The notes under the pieces were generated by a model. The model did no database searches, was not told the DNA's origin, and saw only the letters and a list, made by a program, of their open reading frames with translations. A program made the position numbers and the translations under genes. A stretch of DNA of 64,000 nt from a bacterium (lineage in GTDB: Bacteria > Patescibacteriota > CPR2 > UBA1875 > JAJYID01): assembly GCA_021790235.1 (NCBI GenBank), contig JAJYID010000001.1, positions 43,131 to 107,130 on the forward strand, read 5' to 3'. Below, in pieces: positions 1 through 10,164 of the stretch; positions within the stretch are counted from its first letter, which is position 1, and each line of letters starts with the position of its first letter.

Positions 1-1
1 T

Positions 2-901
2 AATAAAGCTACGATAAGTAAGTCCTTTTGATGCTTCGATAGCTTCTTTGGGGACATCCGGACTTAGACTTTGAACTAGAAGAGTCAGTGGCATACTGGA
101 AAGATAGTGGTCAGCTTTATATTCTTTTTCCTTACCAGACTTATCCTTTACAACTACACTTTCAACCTGTGAATCGTTGTGACAGATCTTGACTACCTCG
201 GTATTTTTGAAAATTTTGCCACCCATTTTTCCCACATTCTCAGCTATTTTTTCATACATCATACCAGGACCGTATTTAGGATATTTAAACTCATCAATTA
301 AGGTTTTAATTTTGCCGCTTTTATCGGGGAAAAGGGCATTTTTAACAGCACTTGAAAGTGATAATCCTTTAATTCGCTGAGCTGCCCACTCGGCTTGAAT
401 TTCTTCACAAGGGATACCCCAGAGTTTTTCTGTATAAGCCCTAAAAAAATGATTAAAGAGACGTTTACCGAAACGGTTTGAGACCCATTGTTCAAAGTTT
501 TTTTCCTCCTTTGAAGGGAAAATCTTTACCTTAATGTAGCTACCTAGAATCATAAAAGATTCACCCAATCCGAGACCTTTTAGAGCATTCATCGGCTTTA
601 CTGGGTAATCAAAAAATTTGTTTCTATAATATATTCTAGATAATCTAGGTCTTTTTAAAAAATCTTTGCCTAGAGTTTCATCCCATAGTTCATTTACTTC
701 TTTTGATTTAGTGAAAAATCTATGCCCACCAAGATCAAAACGATAACCCTTATATTCTTTTGTTTTAGAAATACCTCCTACTTGATCTTCTTTTTCAAAA
801 ACAATCACTTTCTTATCATTTTGGCCTAGTTTTGTAGCAGCAGCCAAACCAGCTGGCCCCGCTCCAAAGATTATTACATCTACCTTTTCTTCTTTTTTCA
901 T
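2..901 (-). CDS. FAD-dependent oxidoreductase (protoporphyrinogen oxidase/UDP-galactopyranose mutase-like), 3' end runs off the window
   Basis: Absent from the ORF track. Manual translation from ATG at 901 gives MKKEEKVDVIIFGAGPAGLAAATKLG...FEKEDQVGGISKTKEYKGYRFDLGGHRFF: a GxGxxG dinucleotide fold plus the D-x-GGHRF motif. Confidence 0.85.
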   Translation of the reverse strand, partial: MKKEEKVDVIIFGAGPAGLAAATKLGQNDKKVIVFEKEDQVGGISKTKEYKGYRFDLGGHRFFTKSKEVNELWDETLGKDFLKRPRLSRIYYRNKFFDYPVKPMNALKGLGLGESFMILGSYIKVKIFPSKEEKNFEQWVSNRFGKRLFNHFFRAYTEKLWGIPCEEIQAEWAAQRIKGLSLSSAVKNALFPDKSGKIKTLIDEFKYPKYGPGMMYEKIAENVGKMGGKIFKNTEVVKICHNDSQVESVVVKDKSGKEKEYKADHYLSSMPLTLLVQSLSPDVPKEAIEASKGLTYRSFI

Positions 902-1339
902 TTATTCTCCTTCAAAAACAAATTTCTTTCTCATACTAAAATTCCAGATCAGAACAACCGCTGTTGCGACAAGCCAAGCCAACATGTAGTAAAGTTTCAA
1001 TCCGGAAACCAAGCTCCACATAATCAGTTCATTCAAAATCAGACCGCCTATCCCAATAACAGCAAAAAGCAGCACTTCTTTTGTCAACTTACCGGTACTT
1101 TTAAAAACCCAAAGAATACTAAGCAAATAGTTAGTCGCGATGCCCAGAATGAAAGCAGCAGCAGCAGAGACAAGGTAGTAAACGCCGAGTTTTGAGGTAA
1201 GAATATACAAGGAGACCGCGTTAACCACTGTCGCAAACCCGCCTACAAAAATGTAGCGAAAAAACTGAATATGAGTTTTATCAGTTTTCTCAAACAAATA
1301 TTTCCTGCCAAGCGCGATCATTTTTTCCATAAAAACCAT
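902..1339 (-). CDS. GtrA-family membrane protein
   Basis: [16 protein letters not shown]...[10 protein letters not shown]...[11 protein letters not shown], four TM helices. Start moved from 1441 to the ATG at 1339 (or 1330) to avoid overlapping galE. Confidence 0.85.
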   Translation of the reverse strand: MVFMEKMIALGRKYLFEKTDKTHIQFFRYIFVGGFATVVNAVSLYILTSKLGVYYLVSAAAAFILGIATNYLLSILWVFKSTGKLTKEVLLFAVIGIGGLILNELIMWSLVSGLKLYYMLAWLVATAVVLIWNFSMRKKFVFEGE

Positions 1340-1382
1340 TATATATTCTTTACGATTGCTGTTGAATGACTTTTTTCTTATG

Positions 1383-2369
1383 TTAGAAACCTTTAGGATG
1401 GCCCACGTGCCACTCCCAAGCCGTTTCAATAATCTTTTCAATTTTCGAGTACCGTAGCCGCCACCCTAGCTCCTTCTTTGCCTTTTCAGATGAGGCCACT
1501 AGTACCGCCGGGTCTCCTTCTCTTCTTCCACTTTCAATAACTTTAATTTCTTTGCCGGTAACCTTTTTGGCCATTTCTATCACTTCTTTTACACTATAGC
1601 CTCGCCCATTCCCTAGATTATATCGCATTGAATCTGAACCCTGCAAAAGTTTCTCAAGGGATAGGATGTGGGCTGTTCCCAGGTCATTGATGTGAATGTA
1701 ATCGCGGATACAAGTACCATCTTTCGTTGGGTAGTCGGTACCAAAGATATTGATGCCCTCCCTCTTTCCTAGCGCTACCTGCAAAATCAGTGGGATCAAG
1801 TGGCTTTCCGGATAATGATCCTCACCGATTTCTCCGCTCTCATCGGCTCCTGCGGCGTTAAAGTATCTAAGAGCCGCATATTTAAAACCGAATATCCGAT
1901 CATAAAAATCGAGAGTTTTTTCAATCTGAAGTTTCGTTAACCCATAAATATTTGTTGGCTTTTTAGGGTGCTTTTCATCAATAGGGATATATTCCGGCTC
2001 GCCATAAATCGCTGCTGTTGAAGAAAAAACGATTTTGCTAACATCTGTCTGGCGCATAGCTTCAAGCAATGTAACACTCCCTTTAAGATTATTCTCAAAA
2101 AAATTTAAGGGTTTTGCCATTGACTCTCCCGCCTCGATATAAGCAGCAAAGTGTAAGACTGCATCAACTCCCTCAAGTGCCTTTTTAGTCGCCTCAAAAT
2201 CCAGGAGATTCCCTTGCACGAATTCCACATTCTCAGGTAAAGCTTCCTTGTGGCCGTTTTCTAAAGAATCAAAAATCCGCACTTTATAACCAGCTTGAAG
2301 TAACTGTCTGACCACGTGGCTGCCGATATAACCGGCTCCACCGGTGACTAAAAGATTACGATCCATCAC
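1383..2369 (-). CDS. galE: UDP-glucose 4-epimerase
   Basis: [46 protein letters not shown]. Confidence 0.95.
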   Translation of the reverse strand: MMDRNLLVTGGAGYIGSHVVRQLLQAGYKVRIFDSLENGHKEALPENVEFVQGNLLDFEATKKALEGVDAVLHFAAYIEAGESMAKPLNFFENNLKGSVTLLEAMRQTDVSKIVFSSTAAIYGEPEYIPIDEKHPKKPTNIYGLTKLQIEKTLDFYDRIFGFKYAALRYFNAAGADESGEIGEDHYPESHLIPLILQVALGKREGINIFGTDYPTKDGTCIRDYIHINDLGTAHILSLEKLLQGSDSMRYNLGNGRGYSVKEVIEMAKKVTGKEIKVIESGRREGDPAVLVASSEKAKKELGWRLRYSKIEKIIETAWEWHVGHPKGF

Positions 2370-3376
2370 TTTCCTCCGTACTGTTTTTTGTAATATTTTT
2401 GGTATTCGCCGTTTAAAATATTTTCAACCCAAGCCATATTATCGATATTCCACCGAATTGTTTTGGCAATTCCTTCTTCAAATGTAACTCGCGGCTTCCA
2501 ACCAAGCTCCTTGGTGATTTTAGAGTGATCAATCGCATACCTGCGGTCGTGTCCTGGGCGGTCTTTGACAAAAGTCATTAAATTCCTCGTCTTACCTAAC
2601 GCTTCCAAAATAGTCTCTGCTATTTCAATACTATTTTTCTCGCTATCTCCCCCTACACAATATGTTTCTTGCGGCTTCCCTTTCTCTATAACAAGAGCTA
2701 TGGCTTCACAATGATCATCTACATAGAGATAGTCACGCACAGCTTTGCCATCCCCATATATTGGCAGGGGCTTATTCTCCCGAGCATTAGCCACAAAAAG
2801 CGGAATGATTTTTTCCGGAAATTGGTATGGACCATAATTATTAGAGCAATTAGTCATAGTATATTCGAGGCCAAAAGTGTCACCATAGGCTCGAACTAAA
2901 TGATCAGAAGAAGCCTTGGAGGCAGAATAAGGGCTATGCGGGTTGTACGGAGTTTCTTCATTAAATTTCTTGCCGTCACTTAGCTCCAGCGCCCCGAAAA
3001 CCTCATCGGTTGACACATGGTGGAATCTTTTAATTTTATTTTTGGAAGCAGCCTGAAGCAGTACCTGCGTACCCAGCACATTAGTCTCCACGAAAACAGC
3101 CGGTTCCAGAACCGACCGATCAACATGAGACTCAGCGGCAAAGTGGACCACATGAGTTACTTTCCTCATTAAGTCGTTAACAAGCGGACCATCACAGATA
3201 TCGCCCTGAATAAATTCATATCTTGAACCACCTTCAACCGCTTTTAAGTTTTCCAGATTGCCAGCATAAGTTAGTTTGTCTAAGTTAAGGATCTCCCAAT
3301 CACGGTTTTTGAGTACCCAGTGGATAAAGTTGGCACCGATAAAGCCGGCGCCGCCAGTTACAAGTATCTTCGTCAT
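2366..3376 (-). CDS. rfbB: dTDP-glucose 4,6-dehydratase
   Basis: TGGAGFIG, DKLTYAGN, AAESHVDRS, STDEVFG, PYSASKA, DRPGHDRRY. Confidence 0.95.
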   Translation of the reverse strand: MTKILVTGGAGFIGANFIHWVLKNRDWEILNLDKLTYAGNLENLKAVEGGSRYEFIQGDICDGPLVNDLMRKVTHVVHFAAESHVDRSVLEPAVFVETNVLGTQVLLQAASKNKIKRFHHVSTDEVFGALELSDGKKFNEETPYNPHSPYSASKASSDHLVRAYGDTFGLEYTMTNCSNNYGPYQFPEKIIPLFVANARENKPLPIYGDGKAVRDYLYVDDHCEAIALVIEKGKPQETYCVGGDSEKNSIEIAETILEALGKTRNLMTFVKDRPGHDRRYAIDHSKITKELGWKPRVTFEEGIAKTIRWNIDNMAWVENILNGEYQKYYKKQYGGK

Positions 3377-3423
3377 AATATCCCTCGATATAATTTAAAA
3401 TTGTTAATTTGGAATCCCGCCTT

Positions 3424-4149
3424 TCATTTTTTGTGGCTAACAGCTATTTTCCCGGCCATCAGATTAGCAGCTCTTAAAAGGCTGTCAAATGTTCCCGCAT
3501 CTTCCCAGATTCCCTCAATTACATCAACACTTAGTTCACCCTTTTCTAGATAGATATTATTTAAATCGGTTATTTCTAGCTCGCCTCTATCAGAACGTTT
3601 CTGCTTTTCAACAAATTTAACCACACGATTATCATAGGTATAGAGCCCCACAACCGCATAATTGCTCTTTGGTTTTTGGGGTTTCTCTTCTATAGTTACT
3701 GCATTCATTTTCTCATCAAAGTTAACTACACCGTATCTTTCCGGATCATGGACTTCCTTGGCATAGATCTTTGCCCCTCTTTTAAAATTTTTAATCTGAT
3801 CGGAAAAATCATGGTCAAAGATGTTATCACCAAGAATGAGAGTTACATTATCTTCATCAATAAAGTCTTTCCCATAAATAAAAGCCTCGGCCAGACCACC
3901 GGGATTTGGCTGGACCACAAAGCTGAATTGTGCTCCGAACTCTTTTCCTGTCCCCAGGAGGTTAAGATAATGACCGGCGAATTCCGGCGAAACTATTATT
4001 AAAATCTCTTTGATGCCCGCTTTGACCAAAGTCTCTATCGGGTAATAGATCATTGGTTTGTTATAGACCGGCAAGAGCTGCTTTGACGTGACCCAAGTCA
4101 GAGGTCTAAGACGTGTTGCGCTCCCTCCGGCAAGTATTATTCCTTTCAT
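3424..4149 (-). CDS. rfbA: glucose-1-phosphate thymidylyltransferase (short form)
   Basis: GIILAGGSATRLRPLT, SKQLLPVYNKPMIYYP, LGDNIF, RGELEITD, WEDAGTFDSL. Confidence 0.93.
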   Translation of the reverse strand: MKGIILAGGSATRLRPLTWVTSKQLLPVYNKPMIYYPIETLVKAGIKEILIIVSPEFAGHYLNLLGTGKEFGAQFSFVVQPNPGGLAEAFIYGKDFIDEDNVTLILGDNIFDHDFSDQIKNFKRGAKIYAKEVHDPERYGVVNFDEKMNAVTIEEKPQKPKSNYAVVGLYTYDNRVVKFVEKQKRSDRGELEITDLNNIYLEKGELSVDVIEGIWEDAGTFDSLLRAANLMAGKIAVSHKK

Positions 4150-5024
4150 TTTTGCTCTCTTGTTATTTCTTTTAAAAATTTTCTAAAGTCAGCACTTAAC
4201 TTTTCATGCTTTAGGGCCATTTTTACGGTAGCTTTTAAAAAACCAAGTTTATCTCCTGTGTCTAGCCACTCACCCTCTATTTTTTTGCCATAAATTGGCC
4301 TACCTTCTTCCAGCATTATATCAAAAGCGTCAGCCAGCCTGATTTCACCAGATTTCCCCTCTCTCATATTACTAAGAACTTCAAAAACATCTGGGGTGAT
4401 AATGTACTTCCCCACAGCTACAAGATTAGACGGCGCAACTTCCGGATCAGGCTTTTCAACTAGTTTTTTTATCTCATAAATATCCTCGGTCAATTTTTTA
4501 CCATCGATTACACCGAATTTTTTTACTTCATTTTTCGAAATTTTGCTCAAGCCGATAATCGGTTCACGATAATTCTTAAAAGTTTCTATCAGCTGTTGAG
4601 ATGAGGGCACTTCACTATCATAAAGGCAATCCCCGAACATCACAAGAACCGGCTCGCTTCCTAAAAGATGGGCAGCCTGCAGAAGCGCATGACCATCGCC
4701 AAGCGGAAGCGACTGACGAACATAAGAAAATTTGGCAAGGTTAGGAATTTTCTGAACCGCCGCCAAAAGGTCTTTTTTATTTTTTTCGACTAAAGTATCT
4801 TCAAGCTCATATGAGATATCAAAATGATCCTCGATAGCTCTTTTCCCCCGACCCGTAACAAAGATAATTTCCTCGATGCCTGAAGCAACTGCCTCTTCAA
4901 CTAGATACTGAATAACAGGTTTATCAACAATGGGCATCATTTCTTTAGGCATCGACTTTGTGGCCGGCAAAAATCTAGTGCCAAAGCCCGCTACCGGCAT
5001 AACTGCCTTTTTTACTTTGTCCAA
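4146..5024 (-). CDS. galU: UTP-glucose-1-phosphate uridylyltransferase
   Basis: KAVMPVAGFGTRFLPATKSMPKEM, VDKPVIQY, VEKP, GEIRLADA; TTG start. Confidence 0.95.
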   Translation of the reverse strand: MDKVKKAVMPVAGFGTRFLPATKSMPKEMMPIVDKPVIQYLVEEAVASGIEEIIFVTGRGKRAIEDHFDISYELEDTLVEKNKKDLLAAVQKIPNLAKFSYVRQSLPLGDGHALLQAAHLLGSEPVLVMFGDCLYDSEVPSSQQLIETFKNYREPIIGLSKISKNEVKKFGVIDGKKLTEDIYEIKKLVEKPDPEVAPSNLVAVGKYIITPDVFEVLSNMREGKSGEIRLADAFDIMLEEGRPIYGKKIEGEWLDTGDKLGFLKATVKMALKHEKLSADFRKFLKEITREQK

Positions 5025-5027
5025 ATT

Positions 5028-5486
5028 CTACTCCTTAGTTATAAAAATTCTCCGCTCGGTTCCGGCACCTTCAGAATAACTGGTAACCCCGGAAATTTTC
5101 GACACCCTTTGATGAGCCAACATTCTTTCGTAAGGGTTCATAGTTGGCATCATTTCTTCCATGCCGGTTTCTTTAACCTTTTTTACCGCCGCATCAACCA
5201 TACTTTCAATCCTTTTTTCTTTATCTTTCAAATAGTCACCAACATCCACAACCAAAGAAGTCCCTTCCGGCAAATCTGCCCTCATAATCAGTGCAATAAT
5301 ATAACGAAGAGCAAAGAGATTCTCGCCTCTGTAACCAATTAAGAGAGCTTTATCTTTCGAATCAATCGCAATTTTTATCCTACCCTCTTCAGCGGAGACA
5401 CTAGCTTTTGCATCCACCCCTAAAAGAGACAAAATCTTTTCTACCTTTGCCTTAACCTCTTTAATTGTACTTATACTAATTGCCAT
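5028..5486 (-). CDS. jag: Jag/KhpB-like KH + R3H RNA-binding protein
   Basis: LLIGYRGENL (KH), MNPYERMLAH (R3H), SYSEGAGTERRI; canonical position after yidC. Confidence 0.9.
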   Translation of the reverse strand: MAISISTIKEVKAKVEKILSLLGVDAKASVSAEEGRIKIAIDSKDKALLIGYRGENLFALRYIIALIMRADLPEGTSLVVDVGDYLKDKEKRIESMVDAAVKKVKETGMEEMMPTMNPYERMLAHQRVSKISGVTSYSEGAGTERRIFITKE

Positions 5487-5492
5487 AATCGG

Positions 5493-6272
5493 TTATTTTT
5501 TCTTTTTAATTTTCAAATGCTCAAGCACTGTTACTTCTTTATTCATAATCAACCATTGTTGGTAAGCTGCTATACCAGTAGAAGCCGTCCAATATAAAGG
5601 TAGGGCAGCTGGAAGAGTCAATGAAATAAGCAATGTAATCCCCGGAAATATGTAGACCATGTTAGCCATCATTTTTTGCGAGGCATCCTCGGGCTTATCA
5701 GGCGTCATCAGTTTAGTTTGAAGCAGCTGAACACCACCAGCGATAATGGCAAGAATAATATTGGGCTTGGCAAGATCAACCAGACCCAAGAAGCTGGTAT
5801 GGAGTGATCCGTCTGCGACAATAACTGACTTTACAGTCGGGAAATTTTTTACCCAAGCATAGAGCTGTGAAACAAAACTTTTTGAATTATTAGCCACATG
5901 GATAAAGGTCGGATCTTTGAATTTTATAAATACCCAATAGAGACCGATGAGAACGGGCAACTGTAGAAGCGTCGGCAAGCATGAAGAAAAGGGGCTGACT
6001 TCTTTTTCTTTGTAAAGTTCGGCCATTGCTTTTTGCAGCCCTTGAGAATCGTTTTTGTATTTCTTTTTTATTTTCTCAATTTCAGGCTGAATTGCCTTTA
6101 AAGCTTTCTGGTTATACAATGACTTAGCTGAAAGAGGCCAAAGGATTACTCTAAGAATAACTGTGATAGTAATGATAGCTAAACCAAAATCCCAACCCGG
6201 CATAATGCTATAAAGAAGTATCACAAAGTTTAGAAGCGGTTGTGTTATAAATAGATTAAAAATGTTTCCCAT
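5493..6272 (-). CDS. yidC: membrane protein insertase YidC/Oxa1 (short monoderm type)
   Basis: FGLAIITITVILRVILWPL, SCLPTLLQLPVLIGLY, LPAALPLYW. Confidence 0.95.
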   Translation of the reverse strand: MGNIFNLFITQPLLNFVILLYSIMPGWDFGLAIITITVILRVILWPLSAKSLYNQKALKAIQPEIEKIKKKYKNDSQGLQKAMAELYKEKEVSPFSSCLPTLLQLPVLIGLYWVFIKFKDPTFIHVANNSKSFVSQLYAWVKNFPTVKSVIVADGSLHTSFLGLVDLAKPNIILAIIAGGVQLLQTKLMTPDKPEDASQKMMANMVYIFPGITLLISLTLPAALPLYWTASTGIAAYQQWLIMNKEVTVLEHLKIKKKK

Positions 6273-6314
6273 TTGTTTTTTTTTTGCTCCGATATGTTTA
6301 ATGCTTACTAATAT

Positions 6315-6548
6315 TTATTTTACGGGATCTTCTCCTCCTTTGGAAAAGGGATTGCACCTTAAAATACGCCAAGAACCCATGAGTCCGCCTTTTATAATAC
6401 CGTATTTTTCTATGGCTTGGTAGGTGTATTCGCTGCAGGTAGGCTGAAACCTGCAGTAGCCATACGGAAATTTTGCTTTTAAAGGACCGTGATCCGGTGA
6501 AAGAGTTTTCTGGTAAAGCCGGATTAAAAGTAAAAAGGGTCTTCTCAT
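6315..6548 (-). CDS. yidD: membrane protein insertion efficiency factor
   Basis: YQKTLSP...[10 protein letters not shown]...RILRCNPF. Confidence 0.95.
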   Translation of the reverse strand: MRRPFLLLIRLYQKTLSPDHGPLKAKFPYGYCRFQPTCSEYTYQAIEKYGIIKGGLMGSWRILRCNPFSKGGEDPVK

Positions 6549-6886
6549 TTTTTTAAGCCTCCCTTGCTAATAGCCTCAAATAATTCTTTTTTTATTTCTT
6601 CTGGTTTGCTGGTTTGGGCTGTATTTTTTACAAAGATCACAATATCAAACCCGGACTTTATTTTATCATAATCAACTAACACGGCTGCTCTTAAAACCCT
6701 CTTGGCTCGATTCCTCTCAGTCGCTTTTTTGGAATATTTTTTACCGACGACAATACCTATCTTGGTAAGCCTGGATCTATTTGTATAAAAACTAAGATTA
6801 AAAGACTTCGAGTGAAGCCTTTTTCCTTTTTGATATACACGATTGAAGTCGTGGCCCTTTCGTAATCTTTTCTCTTTAGGAAGCAT
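6545..6886 (-). CDS. rnpA: ribonuclease P protein component
   Basis: [28 protein letters not shown] (RNR motif). Confidence 0.95.
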   Translation of the reverse strand: MLPKEKRLRKGHDFNRVYQKGKRLHSKSFNLSFYTNRSRLTKIGIVVGKKYSKKATERNRAKRVLRAAVLVDYDKIKSGFDIVIFVKNTAQTSKPEEIKKELFEAISKGGLKK

Positions 6887-6893
6887 GGTACTC

Positions 6894-7028
6894 CTAAGCT
6901 GTAAGCTTAGTCCTGCCCTTTTCTCTTCTTCTTTTCAAGACATTTCTACCAGACGCTGTAGACATTCTTTTTAAAAAACCATGTCTTTTTTTTCTTTTAG
7001 CCTTTTTGGGCTGGAAAGTTCTCTTCAT
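6894..7028 (-). CDS. rpmH: 50S ribosomal protein L34
   Basis: Below the ORF-track size limit. Manual translation: [44 protein letters not shown]. Confidence 0.97.
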   Translation of the reverse strand: MKRTFQPKKAKRKKRHGFLKRMSTASGRNVLKRRREKGRTKLTA

Positions 7029-7137
7029 AATAACTTTTCCTGATTATTTTAATACTATATAAGTTTACCGTAAAATCAGCTTTCAGTCAACCAAAACCAA
7101 CTTAGTCGGAAGTTGATTTTGAACTTAGACTGTTGGC

Positions 7138-7177
7138 TGTGGAAAAAACCAAGACCAATAATTCCCCTTGTGTATAA
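7138..7177. promoter_or_regulatory. DnaA boxes upstream of dnaA
   Basis: TGTGGAAAA at 7138-7146 (1 mismatch) and TGTGTATAA at 7169-7177 (reverse complement TTATACACA, matching TTATNCACA). Confidence 0.75.
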
Positions 7178-7320
7178 CTTGGTTTTTCGTTATAATAGCC
7201 TCAAAATACCGGGTGGGTGAACGCATACTGAGCAATACGAAAGCGAGATTGCTAGTTGGCTCAAATTTTGGGCGCAACGTTATTTTTTTCTTACACTTTA
7301 AAGCTTGACGGAGATATTTT

Positions 7321-8673
7321 ATGGATAATAAAAGCTTATGGCAAGCAGTCCTGGGAGAACTAGAACTAACCTTATCCAAGGCCAACTTCACTACGTGGTT
7401 TCGAGGAACCAATATTATTTCTCAGGAAAAGGGAGAAATTATCATTAGCGTACCTAACGTTTTCACTAAGGAATGGTTGGAAAACAAATATAACTCTAAA
7501 ATAAAAGAAGTCTTAGAGCATATTACCGGCCCTATATCAAAAATTACGTATAAAGTTGGCCAAGTCGAGGCACTCAAAGAAGAGATTCAAGAAGCTGCAA
7601 GCCAAGAAGAGGCTCTAGATTTCGACATCGAAGAAATGCCCGAGGTCTTGGATAGTTTAAACCCTAAATATATTTTCGATAATTTTGTGATTGGAGAAAC
7701 AAACAAGCTGGCTACAGCCGCCTGCCAATCCATAGCTAAAAACCCCGGCAGTGCCTATAATCCTCTTTTTATCTACGGGGGAGTGGGTTTAGGAAAAACT
7801 CATCTTATCCAAGCGATCGGAAATGAAATGAAAAAGAAGAACCCTAAAAAAAGGGTTGAGTACATCACTAGTGAAAAATTTACCAATGAACTTATAAAAG
7901 CAATTTTTGATAAAAAAACTGACGCCTTTAAAAACAAATACAGGAAGGTTGATGTTTTAATAGTTGATGACATACAATTCCTCGGCGGAAAAGAGCAGAC
8001 TCAAGAAGAATTCTTTCACACTTTTAATGCTCTTCATCAATCAAACAAACAGGTGGTTTTAGCTTCAGATAGGCCGCCAAAAGCAATACCCACTCTAGAG
8101 GAGCGCTTGAGGTCTCGGTTTGAGTGGGGTCTACTTGTTGACATTCAGCCTCCCGAGGTTGAAACACGTATAGCTATTTTACAAAAAAAGGCCATTCTGC
8201 GCGGCTACGAGCTTCCGCTTGAAATATATGATTATATTGCCAGAAATATTCAGCACAACGTTCGTGAACTTGAAGGAGCCTTAAATAGAATTATTGCTTA
8301 TGCGGAATTAAACAACAAAAAACCGGACATGACACTAGCCCAAAATGTACTGGGGAGCCTTCTTTCAAATCCAAAAAGAAAAGCGCTCACCGGTAAAAAA
8401 ATTCTCTCTGGCGTTGCCGACTTTTTTGATCTTTCTGTTTCCGATTTAATCAGTAAAAAAAGAGATAAAGAAATAGTTCTGCCAAGACAAATTGCCATGT
8501 ATTTAATGAGAGAAGAGCTAAGCCTTTCCTATCCAAAAATTTCAAGGGAAGCCGGTAAAAATGATCATACTACCGCTATGCATGCTTGTTCTAAAATAGA
8601 AAAGGAAATGGATAAAGACGAACCCCTTAGACATAATATTAATTTAATTCGTGAGAGATTATATATCAGCTAA
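7321..8673 (+). CDS. dnaA: chromosomal replication initiator DnaA
   Basis: YNPLFIYGGVGLGKTHL, DDIQF, RLRSRFEWGL, RQIAMYL, DHTTAMHA. Confidence 0.98.
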   Translation: MDNKSLWQAVLGELELTLSKANFTTWFRGTNIISQEKGEIIISVPNVFTKEWLENKYNSKIKEVLEHITGPISKITYKVGQVEALKEEIQEAASQEEALDFDIEEMPEVLDSLNPKYIFDNFVIGETNKLATAACQSIAKNPGSAYNPLFIYGGVGLGKTHLIQAIGNEMKKKNPKKRVEYITSEKFTNELIKAIFDKKTDAFKNKYRKVDVLIVDDIQFLGGKEQTQEEFFHTFNALHQSNKQVVLASDRPPKAIPTLEERLRSRFEWGLLVDIQPPEVETRIAILQKKAILRGYELPLEIYDYIARNIQHNVRELEGALNRIIAYAELNNKKPDMTLAQNVLGSLLSNPKRKALTGKKILSGVADFFDLSVSDLISKKRDKEIVLPRQIAMYLMREELSLSYPKISREAGKNDHTTAMHACSKIEKEMDKDEPLRHNINLIRERLYIS

Positions 8674-8934
8674 ATATGTGGAAAAGATAAGTTTTTTTGG
8701 GGAAAAGGCGTGAAAATATTGATAATAAATATGTGATAATAAAAAATGAAAAAATATTTTTAAACAACAAGTTAATTTCATCCCCATAAAAATAACCTAT
8801 AAAATCCCATAAAAAACACAAGGAAAAATATAAAAAATAAACTTAGAAAATGACTTATAGACAGTTTACACAGACACTATAACTAACTAATACTAAATTT
8901 ATATAAAAAATATCTAATAAGAATGTGAGGAAAA
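8674..8934. other. probable oriC (dnaA-dnaN intergenic region)
   Basis: Very AT-rich. Degenerate DnaA boxes TGTGGAAAA (8677), TGGGGAAAA (8698), TCATCCCCA (8778) and TTATAGACA (8855), then a CTATAACTAACTAATACTAA tract (possibly DnaA-trio-like) just before dnaN. Confidence 0.7.
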
Positions 8935-10041
8935 ATGAAAGTTACTCTATTAAAAGAAAATCTATCTAAAGGACTAAATATTATAAGCAGAATAGTCTCA
9001 ACTCGAGGAAGCCTTGAAGTTTTAGGTAATATACTTATTAAAACAGAGAAAGGAAGAGTATGTTTATCAGCTACAAACTTAGAAGTAGGAATAAACTATC
9101 GGATTGGGGCTAAGGTTGATAACGAAGGTGCTATTACTGTTCCTGCCCGGCTCTTTAGTGAATTTGTCAATTCTCTCCCAAATGAAAAGATTACTTTAGA
9201 ACTCGATGGCGATACTCTGATATTAAAATCAGATAATTATGAATCAAATATCAAAGGTATCTCAGCAGATGAATTTCCTTTAATTCCGGAAATAAAAACA
9301 GGTAAAGTGATGGATATAAAATCTTTAGAACTAAGAGATATAATATGTAAAGTAGCTTTCGCAGCAGCTATTGATGATTCTAGACCGGTTCTTGCTGGAG
9401 TATATTTAAAAATCGAAGGCACAAAAGTAACTCTAGCAGCCACAGATAGTTATCGTTTAGCAGAAAAGGTTATTACTTTAAAAAATGGGAAAAGCAAAAA
9501 AGAAGAATTAATACTGCCGGCTAAAACTTTGCTTGAGTTAAGCCGTATTTTAGGTGAAATTAAAAATGATACTTTGGTGAGTGTGTATTTATCAGAAAAT
9601 CAAATACTTTTTGAAACTGACGGACTTGACTTTATCTCTCGCCTTATTGAAGGTCAATTTCCAAATTACCAGCAAATCATCCCGGATAATTCTGATACAA
9701 AAGGCGTTATTAATAAAGACGAGTTTCTTACCGCTGTAAAAATCGCCAGTCTTTTTGCGAGAGAAAACGCTAATAGTATAAAATTATCCATGAAATCTAA
9801 AGGTGTTTTAGAGGTTGATTCCGGAGGTTCTCAGGTCGGACAAAATAAGGCAAAAATTCAGGCAAAGGTCGATGGCCGGGATGGTGATGCATCCTTTAAC
9901 GGAAAATATATTATAGACGTCCTAAATATCTTAAGTGATAAAGAGATAAAGTTTGAGATTAGCGGCAAACTGAACCCGGGAATTGTTAGAACTGTGGGCG
10001 ACAAAGGATATATTTACATTATTATGCCGCTTAGAAACTAG
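8935..10041 (+). CDS. dnaN: DNA polymerase III beta clamp
   Basis: SATNLEVGI, SRPVLAGV, ATDSYRLA, SRLIEGQFPNYQQIIP, IIMPLR. Confidence 0.97.
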   Translation: MKVTLLKENLSKGLNIISRIVSTRGSLEVLGNILIKTEKGRVCLSATNLEVGINYRIGAKVDNEGAITVPARLFSEFVNSLPNEKITLELDGDTLILKSDNYESNIKGISADEFPLIPEIKTGKVMDIKSLELRDIICKVAFAAAIDDSRPVLAGVYLKIEGTKVTLAATDSYRLAEKVITLKNGKSKKEELILPAKTLLELSRILGEIKNDTLVSVYLSENQILFETDGLDFISRLIEGQFPNYQQIIPDNSDTKGVINKDEFLTAVKIASLFARENANSIKLSMKSKGVLEVDSGGSQVGQNKAKIQAKVDGRDGDASFNGKYIIDVLNILSDKEIKFEISGKLNPGIVRTVGDKGYIYIIMPLRN

Positions 10042-10164
10042 AATGTGCGCTTTGTACTTGTAAGCTATAATATAGATAAATAATAAGGGATTTTACAGAC
10101 TATTTCATTTTTGTATGGATCTTAATCTTTCATTCTGGATTCATATTTAAAATACTATATTCAA

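Noticed and set aside
7125-7412. 95-aa ORF antisense to the dnaA start
   Set aside because: It covers the dnaA promoter and DnaA boxes and has no protein-like motif.
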